A program made the translations under genes and the position numbers. The notes beneath the pieces are model-generated. The model was not told the DNA's origin and searched no databases. It worked only from the letters and a program-made list of their open reading frames with translations. A stretch of DNA of 64,000 bases. Source: Macrostomum lignano (taxonomy: Eukaryota). Location of the stretch: NCBI GenBank assembly GCA_002269645.1, contig NIVC01001673.1, positions 62,001-126,000 on the forward strand, in the 5' to 3' direction. This document shows positions 15,154 through 31,149 of the stretch, piece after piece (the stretch's first letter is position 1; each line of letters begins with the position of its first letter).

Positions 15154-16922
15154 TTAATAAGACAATCATAGTTAAGCCTACTCCTGGCAGTTATCCAAAA
15201 TTGCATTAATTTTGTGCTTTTTTAGGGTTTTTTTTCAATTTTCACAAGTAAGTTGCATGGCCAGTGTAAATCAAGGCAAGGGGGTTGTGCATATATAAGT
15301 TAGAAGAAACCATTAGCTAGGCCTAAGAGTAGTAAACTTTGTTAGCATAGGGCCTAACCATTGCTCTAAGCAGTTGGCAACTTAGCATCAGGTTCAACCT
15401 TTTTATTTTGTAACAGGAAAGATATTAGGCTACCTTATTAGCCTATTATTAGGCCTAATTCTAACTAATATAATAGGCATATTGAAAATCTCATCTTAGG
15501 CCTAATATTAATTTAAGTTTTTAAATAAATGCCAAACTTATAAACATTTAGTATAATTTCAAATCCAAAATCAAACTTGTAGGCCTAAATTTATGCTTAT
15601 TTATAGCTAGCTAGGCAAAAAACCTAGGCTTACCACTTACAGTTACACCTATATCTGACAAAAAGAAAATGATAAATATGACACTAGTTACTACTAGTAG
15701 TTATTGTAGCAACAATGTATTTATTGATTCATTAGGCCTATATACCCATGTATATTTATTTCATAACTATGATGTCTATGAGTACGATGAGGCCACAAGA
15801 GGAACTAGACGTTTGTAGTAAATTGCAGCGACGTGAAGTAGTAGTAGTAAATTTGCTCAGGCCAGTAAGAACTATATATTTGAGATATTTTTGAGACGAA
15901 AGTTTATTTAGATGTGGATTTAAATTCAGCCCCGGCTTTACGCTTTACAATATGTTAAACAAACAATCTTATAATCCTAGTTGAATAATCTGGTATAAAA
16001 GTCGTTTTATAAAAAAAGTAATATAAATGTATTATATGCTTAAATTATCTATAAACTTTTTACAACAAATTTCTGTCTTTCCTTATCGATTTTGATTTTG
16101 ATTTTTTGTAAGAAAGCAAGTGTAAATATTCCGCCCTTGGGGTAGAATAAATGCTGATATATGACTTTAATCTGTTTATTTTATTATTAATCTGTTGTTT
16201 AAAATGTAAAGAAGCTAGCAAAACTGACACTATAGTATCATTTACTTCTTATAGATATTGTAGACCTGCATAATGTCTAAAATAAATATTAATTGCTAAC
16301 TTACAATTTACATTAGTATAATGTAGATTATATAGCTTAGATATGTAACTTCGAAAGTCTGTGGTAGTATTATATTTGTAGGATTTAATTTTAAGTGCTA
16401 TTAGTTTGTTTTGATATAAACTGTAGACATTTAAATTATATGTAAGCTTAGTTAAAATAAATGAACTATATATGGTACTAAATTGATTTGAAATGCCTAA
16501 TTTGGCTTCTAGTTTGTTTTTATGTTTTACTACTACATACTAGCTAGTTTCTTTTGGGAAATGATACTTTTTATTTTTTAAATTATTTTTAGTACAATAT
16601 AGGCTTCTATATTCTTAAATAAAGCATATCATTTTTAAAGGATTATAAAAAGCATAGTTTTTTAGGTTCTAATATGAATAGATTTATATGTTATTGTTTT
16701 GTTACCATATTTATTATCTATATAAACTATGAGCTTTCTAGATGCTCTCTTAAGTTATTTTTCATAATATTTAGCAATATCAACTTTATGTATAATCATA
16801 GTTTATATATACATTATAATAAGCTACAAAACTGAAAATACAATTATCAAATCTATCTTGAACTTAAATTAATTTACTTGCATGCTTCCAGAAGATAGAA
16901 AGTCATATTTTATAAAGGCTAA

Positions 16923-20912
<3,990 letters not shown>

Positions 20913-21194
20913 CCCGTCTCTGGTTGGGGCATTGTTGGGAAACTATTTTATAAGAGGGCCGATTCACTTAAGCACATGTAACTTCTCAACTAGACTTTGA
21001 TCTTGAGTATAGTTTGCCCGTTGAAAATGGTACCTAAGCCAAGAAACGCCCCAGAGTCGTTGCAGGTAACACAGGTAAAATGGGAAAGAAGTGACTCTAA
21101 ACGCGGAGATGTCACGGCACAAGTAGTCAAAGAGTCGCCTAAGAGTCAATTTGAAGCGTTTTATTGTCTGCGACTCAGGACTACTCTGGGGACT

Positions 21195-22135
21195 CTATAG
21201 TGACCCTGGGGCGCTTCTATAGTGACCCTGGGGCGCTTCTATAGTGACCCTGGGGCGCTTCTATAATGACTCTGGGGCGCTTCTATAGTGACCCTGGGGC
21301 GCTTCTATAGTGACTCTGGGGCGCTTCTATAGTGACCCTGGGGCGCTTCTATAGTGACCCTGGGGCGCTTCTATAGTGACCCTGGGGCGCTTCTATAGTG
21401 ACTCTGGGGCGCTTCTATAGTGACTCTGGGGCGCTTCTATAGTGACTCTGGGGCGCTTCTATAGTGACTCTGGGGCGCTTCTATAGTGACTCTGGGGCGC
21501 TTCTATAGTGACTCTGGGGCGCTTCCATAGTGACTCTGGGGCGCTTCTATAGTGACTCTGGGGCGCTTCTATAGTGACTCTGGGGCGCTTCTATAATGAC
21601 TCTGGGGCGCTTCCATAGTGACTCTGGGGCGCTTCTATAGTGACTCTGGGGCGCTTCTATAGTGACTCTGGGGCGCTTCTATAGTGACTCTGGGGCGCTT
21701 CCATAGTGACTCTGGGGCGCTTCTATAGTGACTCTGGGGCGCTTCTATAGTGACTCTGGGGCGCTTCTATAATGACTCTGGGGCGCTTCCATAGTGACTC
21801 TGGGGCGCTTCTATAATGACTCTGGGGCGCTTCTGTAGTGACTCTGGGGCGCTTCTATAGTGACTCTGGGGCGCTTCTATAGTGACTCTGGGGCGCTTCT
21901 ATAATGACTCTGGGGCGCTTCTATAGTGACTCTGGGGCGCTTCTATAGTGACTCTGGGGCGCTTCTATAGTGACTCTGGGGCGCTTCCATAGTGACTCTG
22001 GGGCGCTTCTATAGTGACTCTGGGGCGCTTCTATAGTGACTCTGGGGCGCTTCTATAGTGACTCTGGGGCGCTTCTATAGTGACTCTGGGGCGCTTCTAT
22101 AGTGACTTTGGGGCGCTTCTATAGTGACTCTGGGA
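21195..22135. repeat. 22-bp intergenic minisatellite
   Basis: Unit ctctggggcgcttctatagtga. Confidence 0.95.
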
Positions 22136-23256
22136 CCGCAGAGTCGTATCTGAGGCGTGCTTGAGTCGCTGTAGAATCGCTGATTTGCTTTAAAAAGCCA
22201 CAAGAGTCGCCCCATAGTCGCTAGAGTCACTGGTGAGCTGTTTGCAATCACTCTTAAGCTATTCTTGTCACGGCGACGCTTTCAATGGATCGGGTTCATG
22301 GGACTGAATCCTCAAGCGGATTTTTCATTTCCACCCTTTGCTCCCCTCGCAGCGCAGGTGGTTTCTGCAGTACATTAAAATTTTTGAGAACACTTCTAGC
22401 TACTTTACTGTAAGTAGTGCAATGCGTCCGCTGCAACTGCTAGGCTTCTTTATTGAGATTTTCCGGATGGAAGTTCTGTAACGGAAGGATTTCTTCTGAA
22501 ATTTGGGGAAAAAATCTTCAGATACAAAATGTACTTTTGTACACGTAAATTTTTTACCCTCTGGACTTGAGTTGACTTTGGCTGTTGTGTTTTGAAGAAA
22601 TCTTGAGACTCTCAGACTGAATTTGTGTGTACAGCTCCCACCATTCGCACCGTCCCTCATCGTCCCCTTCACCCTACACCCGGCACTCTTTGTTCCTGTC
22701 TTTGACCCTTCGTTTTTTGCTTATAATCGTCTTTCGTTTTGTCGAAAATCTGCTTCGGTGTTTCTGTGCATCATCAAGGCTTTAGCGAACTCGCGCAACT
22801 GAGCTGATTTTATCTCACACTTGGAGTTTGCAAAGATGAGGAGACGTCAGCAGGTATTTCACCGCAGGTATTTTACACTAGCCAGCCTTGATGATTGACA
22901 GATAAACAGTGATCAGTTTGTTGCATCAAATGAATATCCTTTTTATCGTTTATCGTACATGTAAAGTGTTCACGCCCCAGCTTTGACTAAAAGTACCCCC
23001 AGTGAAGAGTCATTTTGTAAATATATCAAAACACAGGCGCAGTTTCCAACTCCGGATTTACTCAACTTCTTGTCAGATTCGTTTTTTTGCCTCATCAAAT
23101 ATTTAAATCCAACAGCTAATCTTGCCTGCTGTGGTCCTTTCCCGCGTTGTTTATTTACTCGTATTTATCTCCGCGCGCGTGCCGGTCAGGTGAAAACCGC
23201 CCCATCTCTAGTCTAGTAGCCATCTCATGACCTTCAATATAATTGTTCCAACAGCA

Positions 23257-25216
23257 TCAAATCCTGTCGCGAAATCCGAGAGCACAGATGCAGAGCGCCG
23301 CGATGGCGATTCGGGCGCTCGGCTGCTCAGCTGCATTCGCCGCAATGCTGGCACTCTCTGCCTTCTCTGTCGGGCAGCTTTCGAACCGAGCGTCGCTTGC
23401 TGACGTCGCCAGAAAGTCCTGCAGCAGCTGCAGCCCGATCTCCGGCCGGTCCGTCGCCACGGAGTGTCCGGCGCCAATCACCGTCCGGTACTTGATTCGG
23501 CCGCCAAGGTAGGACCTCTGGACGCCTCCGATCTGCAGTCCGTAGCCCGGCTCATTCAGACAGTACAGCCAGACGTCCTGGCTGCTCAATGGGTCCGGAT
23601 CTGGTGGTAGCCGCTCCAGCAGCTGCTGTGTGATCCCCACCGGAAACAGGTAGTCCAGGGCTCCGTGGTACAGCAGCACCAAGACGCTGTGGTTCGCCAT
23701 GCGAACAAAGTCTTCGAGAACGTCTCGTTTGAGTTGCTTGTAGGCATGGAAGACGCTTTTGTGGCAAATTGAGTACTCTCTGGCGACAGTGTCATTCAGG
23801 CCGAGGGCCGCCTGAGCTGCCTTGTCATTCAGGTAGCTGACGAGTGCAGTCGAGTTGAGACACGGGTAGCCGCTGACGTCTTCTTCATAGTAGCAGGGCT
23901 GCACGATGTTGTACGGGTTCAGTGTCCGCATGCTGTTGTTCTGCGGATGGATTATGAGATATGATATTTTGTGATCCGAATAAACTCGGCAACGGCTAAT
24001 CACTCCCATTAACTGACGCTGTCACGCGGCAAAAAGTTAAGCAATTGATGTCTTTAATGCTACTTTTAGTAGCTCATCGTGTGTAGGAACCACGAGCATG
24101 CAAAAGTACCATCGCTCGTCCCGGCATCCTGATCACCAGCCGGACGGAGTTGATGAACTCTTGGGGCAGTCGCTGCTGTCAGGCATTCAGAACCGCCAGT
24201 CGTAACTGTTCAGCATTGTGCGGGACGGGACTTCCTGCTGAACTCTTCGCTTTACGAAGTCCCAGACATGCTCGATGGGGTTCGTGTCTGGAGACTAAAA
24301 ATGCGCAAATTGCGTTGCGCAACAACCCCTCCCTTAGTTCCCGTCTGGCGTCTGGCGGTGTGCAACTGTACGACAGGGTGGGGTGCGATATGACGTGAAC
24401 CAGGTAAACGTACGTTAGCGAAAACTGGAGAGGTGGGGCTGTCTGGGAAGGTTGGGGCGAGGCACGACGAAATGACGCGGCAGCACAACATACCTGCACT
24501 TTCACGCTGTAAATCTTTGTGCGCCCGAGGCTGGCACCCAGGGCGTCAGTCAGCGCCCTGCGAGAAGCCTCAAATGCTGACCGATCAAAGGGCACGTGCA
24601 GGCCGTTGCCCACGGCGATGCCCTTCAGGTTGATGAGGCCGGGACGGTGCCCGCCCTCGATGATGGCGCTGGCCAGCAGCGGGATGTAGATCCCCGCGTA
24701 GCTCTCTCCCGCGATGTAGAAGGCCCGGCCTCGGTACTCGGGGAACAGGCTGTAGAAGTGGAGCAGCGCTCCCAGGTTCAGCCGCGTGGTCGCGTTATCG
24801 TTGAGCTCGGTCGGGTCGGTGGGTCCGGGCTCGCTCAGGCCGACACCGCTGGGCGAGTCGATGTACAGCACGTTGGCCAGCCGGTTCCACGCGAAGTCGT
24901 TGCGCTCCAGCTCGGCGCGGTCGTTCGCCAGGAACGGCCCGTTCGTCATGAGCAGGCCACCGACCGAGGAGCAGCCGGGACCGCCGTTCATCCACAGCAC
25001 GAGCGGAGCCGTCGCGGCGTCCACGTGGGAGCTCTCGACCAGCCAGTAGAAGAGGCGCCGGCTGCCGCCGCTGCCGCTGCTGGAGGTCAGGTAGCCCGAG
25101 TACTGGGTGAAGTTCGGGCGGAACAGCAGCCGCGGCAGCTCCTCGACGCGGCGTCTCTGGCACTCGGCGAGCGCGCAGCAGCAGAGGCAGAGCGCCAGGC
25201 TCAGAACGGGCCGCAT
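23257..25216 (-). CDS. Serine carboxypeptidase, family S10 (cathepsin A-like), 468 aa; exons 25216-24494 and 23940-23257
   Basis: Signal peptide; QYSGYL, LFYWLVES, PLVLWMNGGPGCSS, NVLYIDSPSGVG, GESYAG (Ser), YHGALDY (Asp), GAGHSV (His); phase-0 intron CAG|GTATGT...CCGCAG|. Confidence 0.92.
24020..24300 (-). mobile_element. Tc1/mariner transposase 3' remnant in the carboxypeptidase intron
   Basis: SPDTNPIEHVWDFVKRRV, then after a frameshift NAEQLRLAVLNA*..LPQEFINS..RMPGR..LLHARGSYTR*, the typical Tc1 C-terminus. Confidence 0.8.
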
Positions 25217-26738
25217 GATTGGCGATTCCAGTTGGGCCTGTGCGGATCTTAAATTCTCAGATACAGCCGTCAGTCAGGCTTTGACCTCGGCCGTCTTCGT
25301 GACTTTCGCTTGTTTTCGCTAGCTGCTGGGGTGCCGCATCCTGCAGTGTGTGATGTATTTATGGTCTGTAGCGCATTGCTTTTGCTTGCTGCCATTTTAT
25401 GTTTCCTTCATTTTTGCGCGAACCTTTGCCCGGTTACTGGTTCGGTCCCTAATATTCTCTGGACTCCTAGCGAATGTCACGGTGCGCTGGCCTGGATTGG
25501 CACTGTTGATTTGCTGCGCAGATCTGGCAGCATTGGAAGCAGCTCTGGTACTGTGTTTGTAGCAATTTTGAATGTGTTTGAAGCTGTTATTACAAAATAT
25601 TAACCCAAAACAACATCAAAACATCAAAACAACATAATGATTTGTCACTGGTAAGCGGCTGGTTCATAAAACTAACGAATCAAGATAGATGCTTGATGGT
25701 AACAAAGAACGAAACAAGGAGGGCAGAGGAGAGTGAGAGATAGATAATCGCTCTCTGTAGACACTACAGTGAGTTTATATCGATTTTCATAGACTGAAGG
25801 CACAACCACGGGCCATGGACTTCTATACTTAGCATCTGGACTGGAAGCGAAAAAATTATCGCAAAAAAATTACCACATGAGGCCAATTGTTTCCTAACAT
25901 AGAGAAATCATCAGCAATGAACTGCGCAGAAGGCTGCTGACCGCGCCCAACCAGATGCAACTGTTCTGTCACATTGTTGACAAGATGATGGAGGACAGCA
26001 TTTACCTGGAACATTTCATGGGTCAGATGATGTGCACGGCTGGCCATGATGTAAAAGAGGGAATTATTTGCGCATTTTTCAACTGCATGATGAAAAATTT
26101 GGTCTAAGATATTTCGGTTGGTGGAGCTGGAGCCAAAAGTAAGCGAAAGTCGGCTAAACTTTCCAGTGGCAGTTCATACTAACAACTTTGATTTGTGTCG
26201 ATGATGCTTTTCAATCTGTCTGACACGCCACTGACCTGCTTTCGTGTCACATCTAAGCTGTTCAGTCCTTTGTTAATACTGCCTACTCTCGTTTCTTACC
26301 GATTTGTTCAAGTACATATGCACACATGCATCTGTTTCTCTGCACACTGCTAATATATATAACAACATGTATATAATTCGTTCCCAATCACAAGTAGTCC
26401 TGCCTGAATATAAAATTAATCAGTTTGAATTTGCGTCGTTGCCTCGCGATAAAAAATTAAATACATTTCTGATGGCCTCATGTGGTAACGCGAATTTTTT
26501 CGCTTCCAGTCCAGATGCTAAGTATAGAAGTCCATGCACGGGCCAAAGTGATACTAGTCTATGGTCAGCCATGCATTTGGCACAGTACACTCAGAATATT
26601 GACCATAGGTTTCGACCATAGACGAACTTTTTTACTCTTGAGCTTGAAATTTCCTATCCAGACTCAAATTCAATCTGAGCTGGAAATGCTATAGTGCTAC
26701 GCCACAGGCATTCTCTGCCATAGATATTTGTTTTTCAG

Positions 26739-27240
26739 TACGGGTGCCGGCAGCCGCGTGTGCAAAACCATTCAGGTCAGTCACGGCGGGTACGCCGCTC
26801 ACAGAAATGTCAGCAGCCTGAACGCCCGGCTGGCAAGCACCGTGGCCGGCTGCCAGCACGTGTTCAGCGTCGAGAACTTTAGCGTCAATCCGAGTGTTTA
26901 CCGAAGCGCCGCTGGATAACATCATCACTGTACTGCTATCTGTCGCACTACATCGACTGGTTCAACTGCTCCAGAGCCGTCACAGGGAATCGAAGCATCA
27001 GTTTATCGATTAGACTTCCGTGGTAACTCAACTGCACAGGTGTCACGCCAGCTGCAACTCGCAGGCCTCAGGAAGGCGGCTGTGCTGGTCAGGCTGGCCC
27101 GATGGCTGCCAGCGCTTTCATGGCTGCATTGAGCGGCTGCAGTGCGACAGTTGCTACCGCGATCCCGACTCGGGTAGGGAAGTGTGCTGCGGCAGACAGT
27201 GCGTGGGCGGCTGCTCCGGCAGGCGCGGCTGTTCGCGCCT
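26739..27240 (+). pseudogene. Receptor L-domain plus furin-like Cys-rich fragment (EGFR/InR family), frameshifted and truncated
   Basis: VCKT...GCQHV; LYCYLSHYIDW; CHASC...CWSGWPDGCQ...CCGRQCVGGCSG; acceptor ttttcag at 26738; stops and frame changes between blocks. Confidence 0.7.
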
Positions 27241-27312
27241 TGAAACTGGAGCGTCCGGCCTGAAGCAACTGGAGCTGCATAACAAGCAGGACCAACATCA
27301 AGAAGAAGAAGA

Positions 27313-30300
27313 GACACCTTGCAGAAATAATAAGAATGAGACTAAGAACTATTGAAAAGAATCCGGGACCGAGAGCACAGGAAGCACCTAAAAAACAAAC
27401 AAAAACGAATAAAAACGAGCGCAAACCAAAAAAAAGACAAGTGAATGGAAGAAGAGGAGAAATGAAAGACGGAAAGAAAGAAGGACAAGAAGGAAGCAAA
27501 ACGAGAAGAACCGCAGACAGAAGAGACTGGAAGAGGAGACTCGAATCACAACATGGAACGTGCAGAGAGCTAACATCCTGGACAGACGCTTCGGAGAAAT
27601 AACGAAGAAAATAATGACAGAGAACTGGCAAATCACTCTAATCTCAGAACTCAGAGCACCAGACGATGGAATAAGAAGCTACCACCAAAAAGGAAAGAAT
27701 GTCCACCTGATTCACAGCAGGAAAGCGGGAATTGTACTCAATGATGAATGGTACACCATCTGGAGAGACAGCGGAGCAAAGGTAACGAGGTGCGAGAGAG
27801 CGGTTATGCTTGAAATCTACAAGTTATCAATCATCAGCATCTATAGTCCGGTCAGGGGCAGTCAACAATACGAAACAGAGCTGGCTGCACTCCGACATGA
27901 GATAGAACGGTACATCCATGCGGATAAGACACCAAGACCACTGATTATAGGAGGAGATTTCAATGCTCAGATTGGCAAAAACTCAGAAAGACCAACACCA
28001 AACAGAGGGAAATTTGGCTTGGAGACAACAAATAAGCAGGGAGAAGACCTAGTGAACTGGTTGACATCCAACGACCTCGCATGGGTAAACTCGTTCTACC
28101 ACCAAAAACGACGAGGGACATGGCAGAACCCAAGTAACAGAAGATGGTACGAAATTGATGGATTCGCGACAAGAGCAGAGGACCGTAATAAAATCATAAA
28201 ATCAATTAAAAATCACAACGGCTGTGCACTGTCCGACCACATCCCAAAGACATTAATAATCAGGAGCGTTGCCGACACAGGAAAAAGACCGAACGCAAAA
28301 AGACTGTACAGGAGAAGTAATCAAGGCATCAACTGGAAGAAGCTCTATGATGAAGAGAACGCAACGAAATTCAAAAAAGAGTTGGAAAGAAGAATGCAAA
28401 CGTGGAAGGAGAACAAGGAGGAAAGAGAACAACCACCATGGACAGAAGTGCAAAGAATAATCGTGGAGAGTGCAAAGTCGATTTGCGGACCAGCGAACCG
28501 ACAAACAAATCCGTGGATGTCATCCCACGAAAACGACCTAAAGAGGTTGCACGAAGAATTGGCTGTAAGACTCCAACAGAGGAACAGGGCCAGGGAAACC
28601 CACGGCCCGAGAAGCGAGCAGACGAAGAGAGCAGAAGAGGCGCTGAGAAAAACACGAAAAACCCAAAAAAACACGGTGCGTGAATGGGAAGAACAGTGGT
28701 GGGATCAACTGGCCGACGAATGTAGAAACGCAGCAGACAAAGGACAAATAGCGGTGGTATACGACAAACTCCGACTCCTAGACAAAAGAGGCACGGCCTT
28801 CAACAATAGTGAAAGAGGCACGAATATCGACGAACAGGAATTCAAGGAACACCTAGAAAACATACAGAAAACAAGAATGGAGAACGAACCGGAGAAGATC
28901 GCAGAGCTCATTAGAAACATCAAAACCCCAGCGGGAAGTAAAACCATTAGCAAGGAAGAATATAGAGAACTCAGCGACACACCGAGTGACGCGGAGATCG
29001 AAAGAGCAATCAAAGAAATGAAGGACAAAAGCCCGGGAGAGGACGAAATACGCCTGCGCTACCTTAAGGAAGGGCCCGAAGAAGTTAGAGAAGCTGTCCG
29101 GGAAAGAATCCGATACCTATACGAACACCGAGCGTGGCACTGGGAAGCCAGTGAGAAGGTAGGCCTTATCATACCACTCTTTAAGAAAGGGGACAGGACC
29201 GACCTTAACAATTACCGAGGAGTGTGCCTCCTGCCGATGCTAAGTCGCATATTGGCAAGAATCATCGCCTCAAGGTTACGGGACTGGGCAGAACGAGTCG
29301 GGGCGCTTGACGACAATCAGAATGGCTTTAGAGCCAACCGATCAACGGCAGACAGCACCCAGATAATCATCCGTATACAAGAGGACATAACAGAATACCG
29401 CCAGGCGAAAAACGCCGTAGGAGACTGCAACCTAGAAGAAGACCAACTAGCATTTCTCCTGGACCTCCGGAAAGCATACCCCAGAGTCAGCAAGCCGATA
29501 CTTTGGGGGATACTACAGAAGTACGCCCTGCCGGAAAAAGTGATTGACAAATTGAAGGACCTTCATGAATACACAGAGTACAAAGTGAAAGGAAAGAAAC
29601 AGTCCAGTGAATCGTGGTTGCCAGAAAGAGGACTACGCGAAGGATGCCCGACATCCCCAGTTCTATTTAATATCTTTCACCAAGCATGCATCAGGGAAGT
29701 TGAGGAGAAAAGAGCACAAACAGCAAAGGAGAAAGAGCAAATATGCGGAATCGAATGGACATACCTCCCAGGAAGCTCACTCCCACCTCAGCGAAGAAAC
29801 CAACCAAACTCGGAGACCAAAACCGAACTCATCAGAACAGTTCTATTCGCAGACGACACCACTATCCTAGGCAACCGCAAGGAACTCAGCGCGGGCCTAG
29901 AGTCGACGAAAGAAATAATGGCAGGATTCGAAGAACAAACGAACGACAAAAAACAAGAGGAAATGATATTCGGAACCAGAGAGGGAGGAAAAGTACGCAT
30001 GCTAGGATCATGGACGGACACGAAGTATGACACGAGCCAGAGATTGCAAAAAGCGGCGAGAAGCTGGTCGACGATCCGTAGACGTTTTATCAAGTGCAGG
30101 TTGAAAAAGACCACGCAAGCGAAGGTCGTTGAAGCCTGTATTGAGAGCATCCTGCTATTCCACGCGAACATACGCCCATTCCTGAAGTCAGAAACGAAGC
30201 AACTACAAAGCTTCATGGACCGGATCTACCGGCAGATATGGAGCAGCAGGAAAATGGAACCACTAAGGGAAATGGAGGCAAAAGGAATAAATATGCAGGA

Positions 30301-31149
30301 CATTCGCAATGAACTAGAAGTAACGACAATACAAACAAAGATTGAGAAGAGCCACCTGATCCGCATCGGACATGTGCTTCGCATGGAGGCGGACCGCCTA
30401 ACGAAAAAGATGGTTCTCGGATGGTACAAGGGTCTGGAAAAGATAAGGAAAACACGTAAGAGAAAAGGTAACACCATCGAATATTGGAAGCGACTACTAC
30501 GCCAAGCAGGGATCGAGCCCGAAAGGACAGAGAGACTAGCAACCGACCGCCAGAAATGGCGTAAAATTGTTCAAGAACGCATAAGCCACCTCAAGAGATG
30601 GGAACAACAACAAGGAAAGAAGGCAGAAGCAAGGAACATCGAAAGGAACGACAAACAGAAACAGGAGAAAACAAGAACACTCATATGTGAACACTCAGAC
30701 TGCGGAAAGGAGTGCAAAAGCAAAGCAGGCCTGACCATTCACCAAAAGAGGATGCACCGCAAGATAGAAGAACCAGTAACGTTCAAGTGCGAAAAATGCG
30801 AGAAGCAGTTCAGGCAAGAGGCAACGTGGTTAAACCACGTAAAGGTCTGCGGAGGAGAGAGAGAAGTGGGACGAAACCGCGTAAAATGCGCGAACTGTGC
30901 TCGAGAAATATTGAAATCAAACCTAGCGAGACACCGCAAAACCTGCGGTACAACGCGGGAAGAGACACGGTCCCCGGGAGGTGAGAGGAAGTACCGAGCG
31001 AAAACTAAACAATGCGAAGGTTGTGGGCGCACGCTCGCCGCGACGAACATGGCACGCCACCTACGCACCTGCAAGGACTGCTGACGAGAGACCCCGAAGA
31101 CTGCCCATGCCACACACGGCGACAAAAGGGAAGAAGAAGAAGAAGAAGA
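27313..31149 (+). mobile_element. RTE-like non-LTR retrotransposon inserted in Gypsy gag, 5' truncated, (GAA)n tail
   Basis: Single APE-RT ORF; aagaagaagaaga on both sides (27300-27312, 31137-31149) as TSD/tail; gag sequence is continuous once the element is removed. Confidence 0.9.
27336..31084 (+). CDS. LINE polyprotein: 2A-like motif, K/R-rich leader, APE endonuclease, RT, C-terminal zinc fingers; -1 frame change at the A8 run 27428-27435
   Basis: ITTWNVQ, IIGGDFNAQIG, EIDGF, LSDH; LFKKGD, QNGFR, GLREGCPTSP, LFADD; CEHSDC...HQKRMH and three further CxxC...H units; main ORF 27560-31084. Confidence 0.9.

Noticed and set aside
21195-22135. CRISPR-like regular repeats here and at 3680-5330
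   Set aside because: Head-to-tail repeats with no unique spacers, no cas genes, eukaryotic context
22400-22860. THAP- or transposase-like remnant on the - strand
   Set aside because: Only a loose C..HF..EDF resemblance, interrupted by stops; not supportable
25900-26060. Coding-looking fragment HREIISNELRRRLL...
   Set aside because: No start, splice support or recognisable domain
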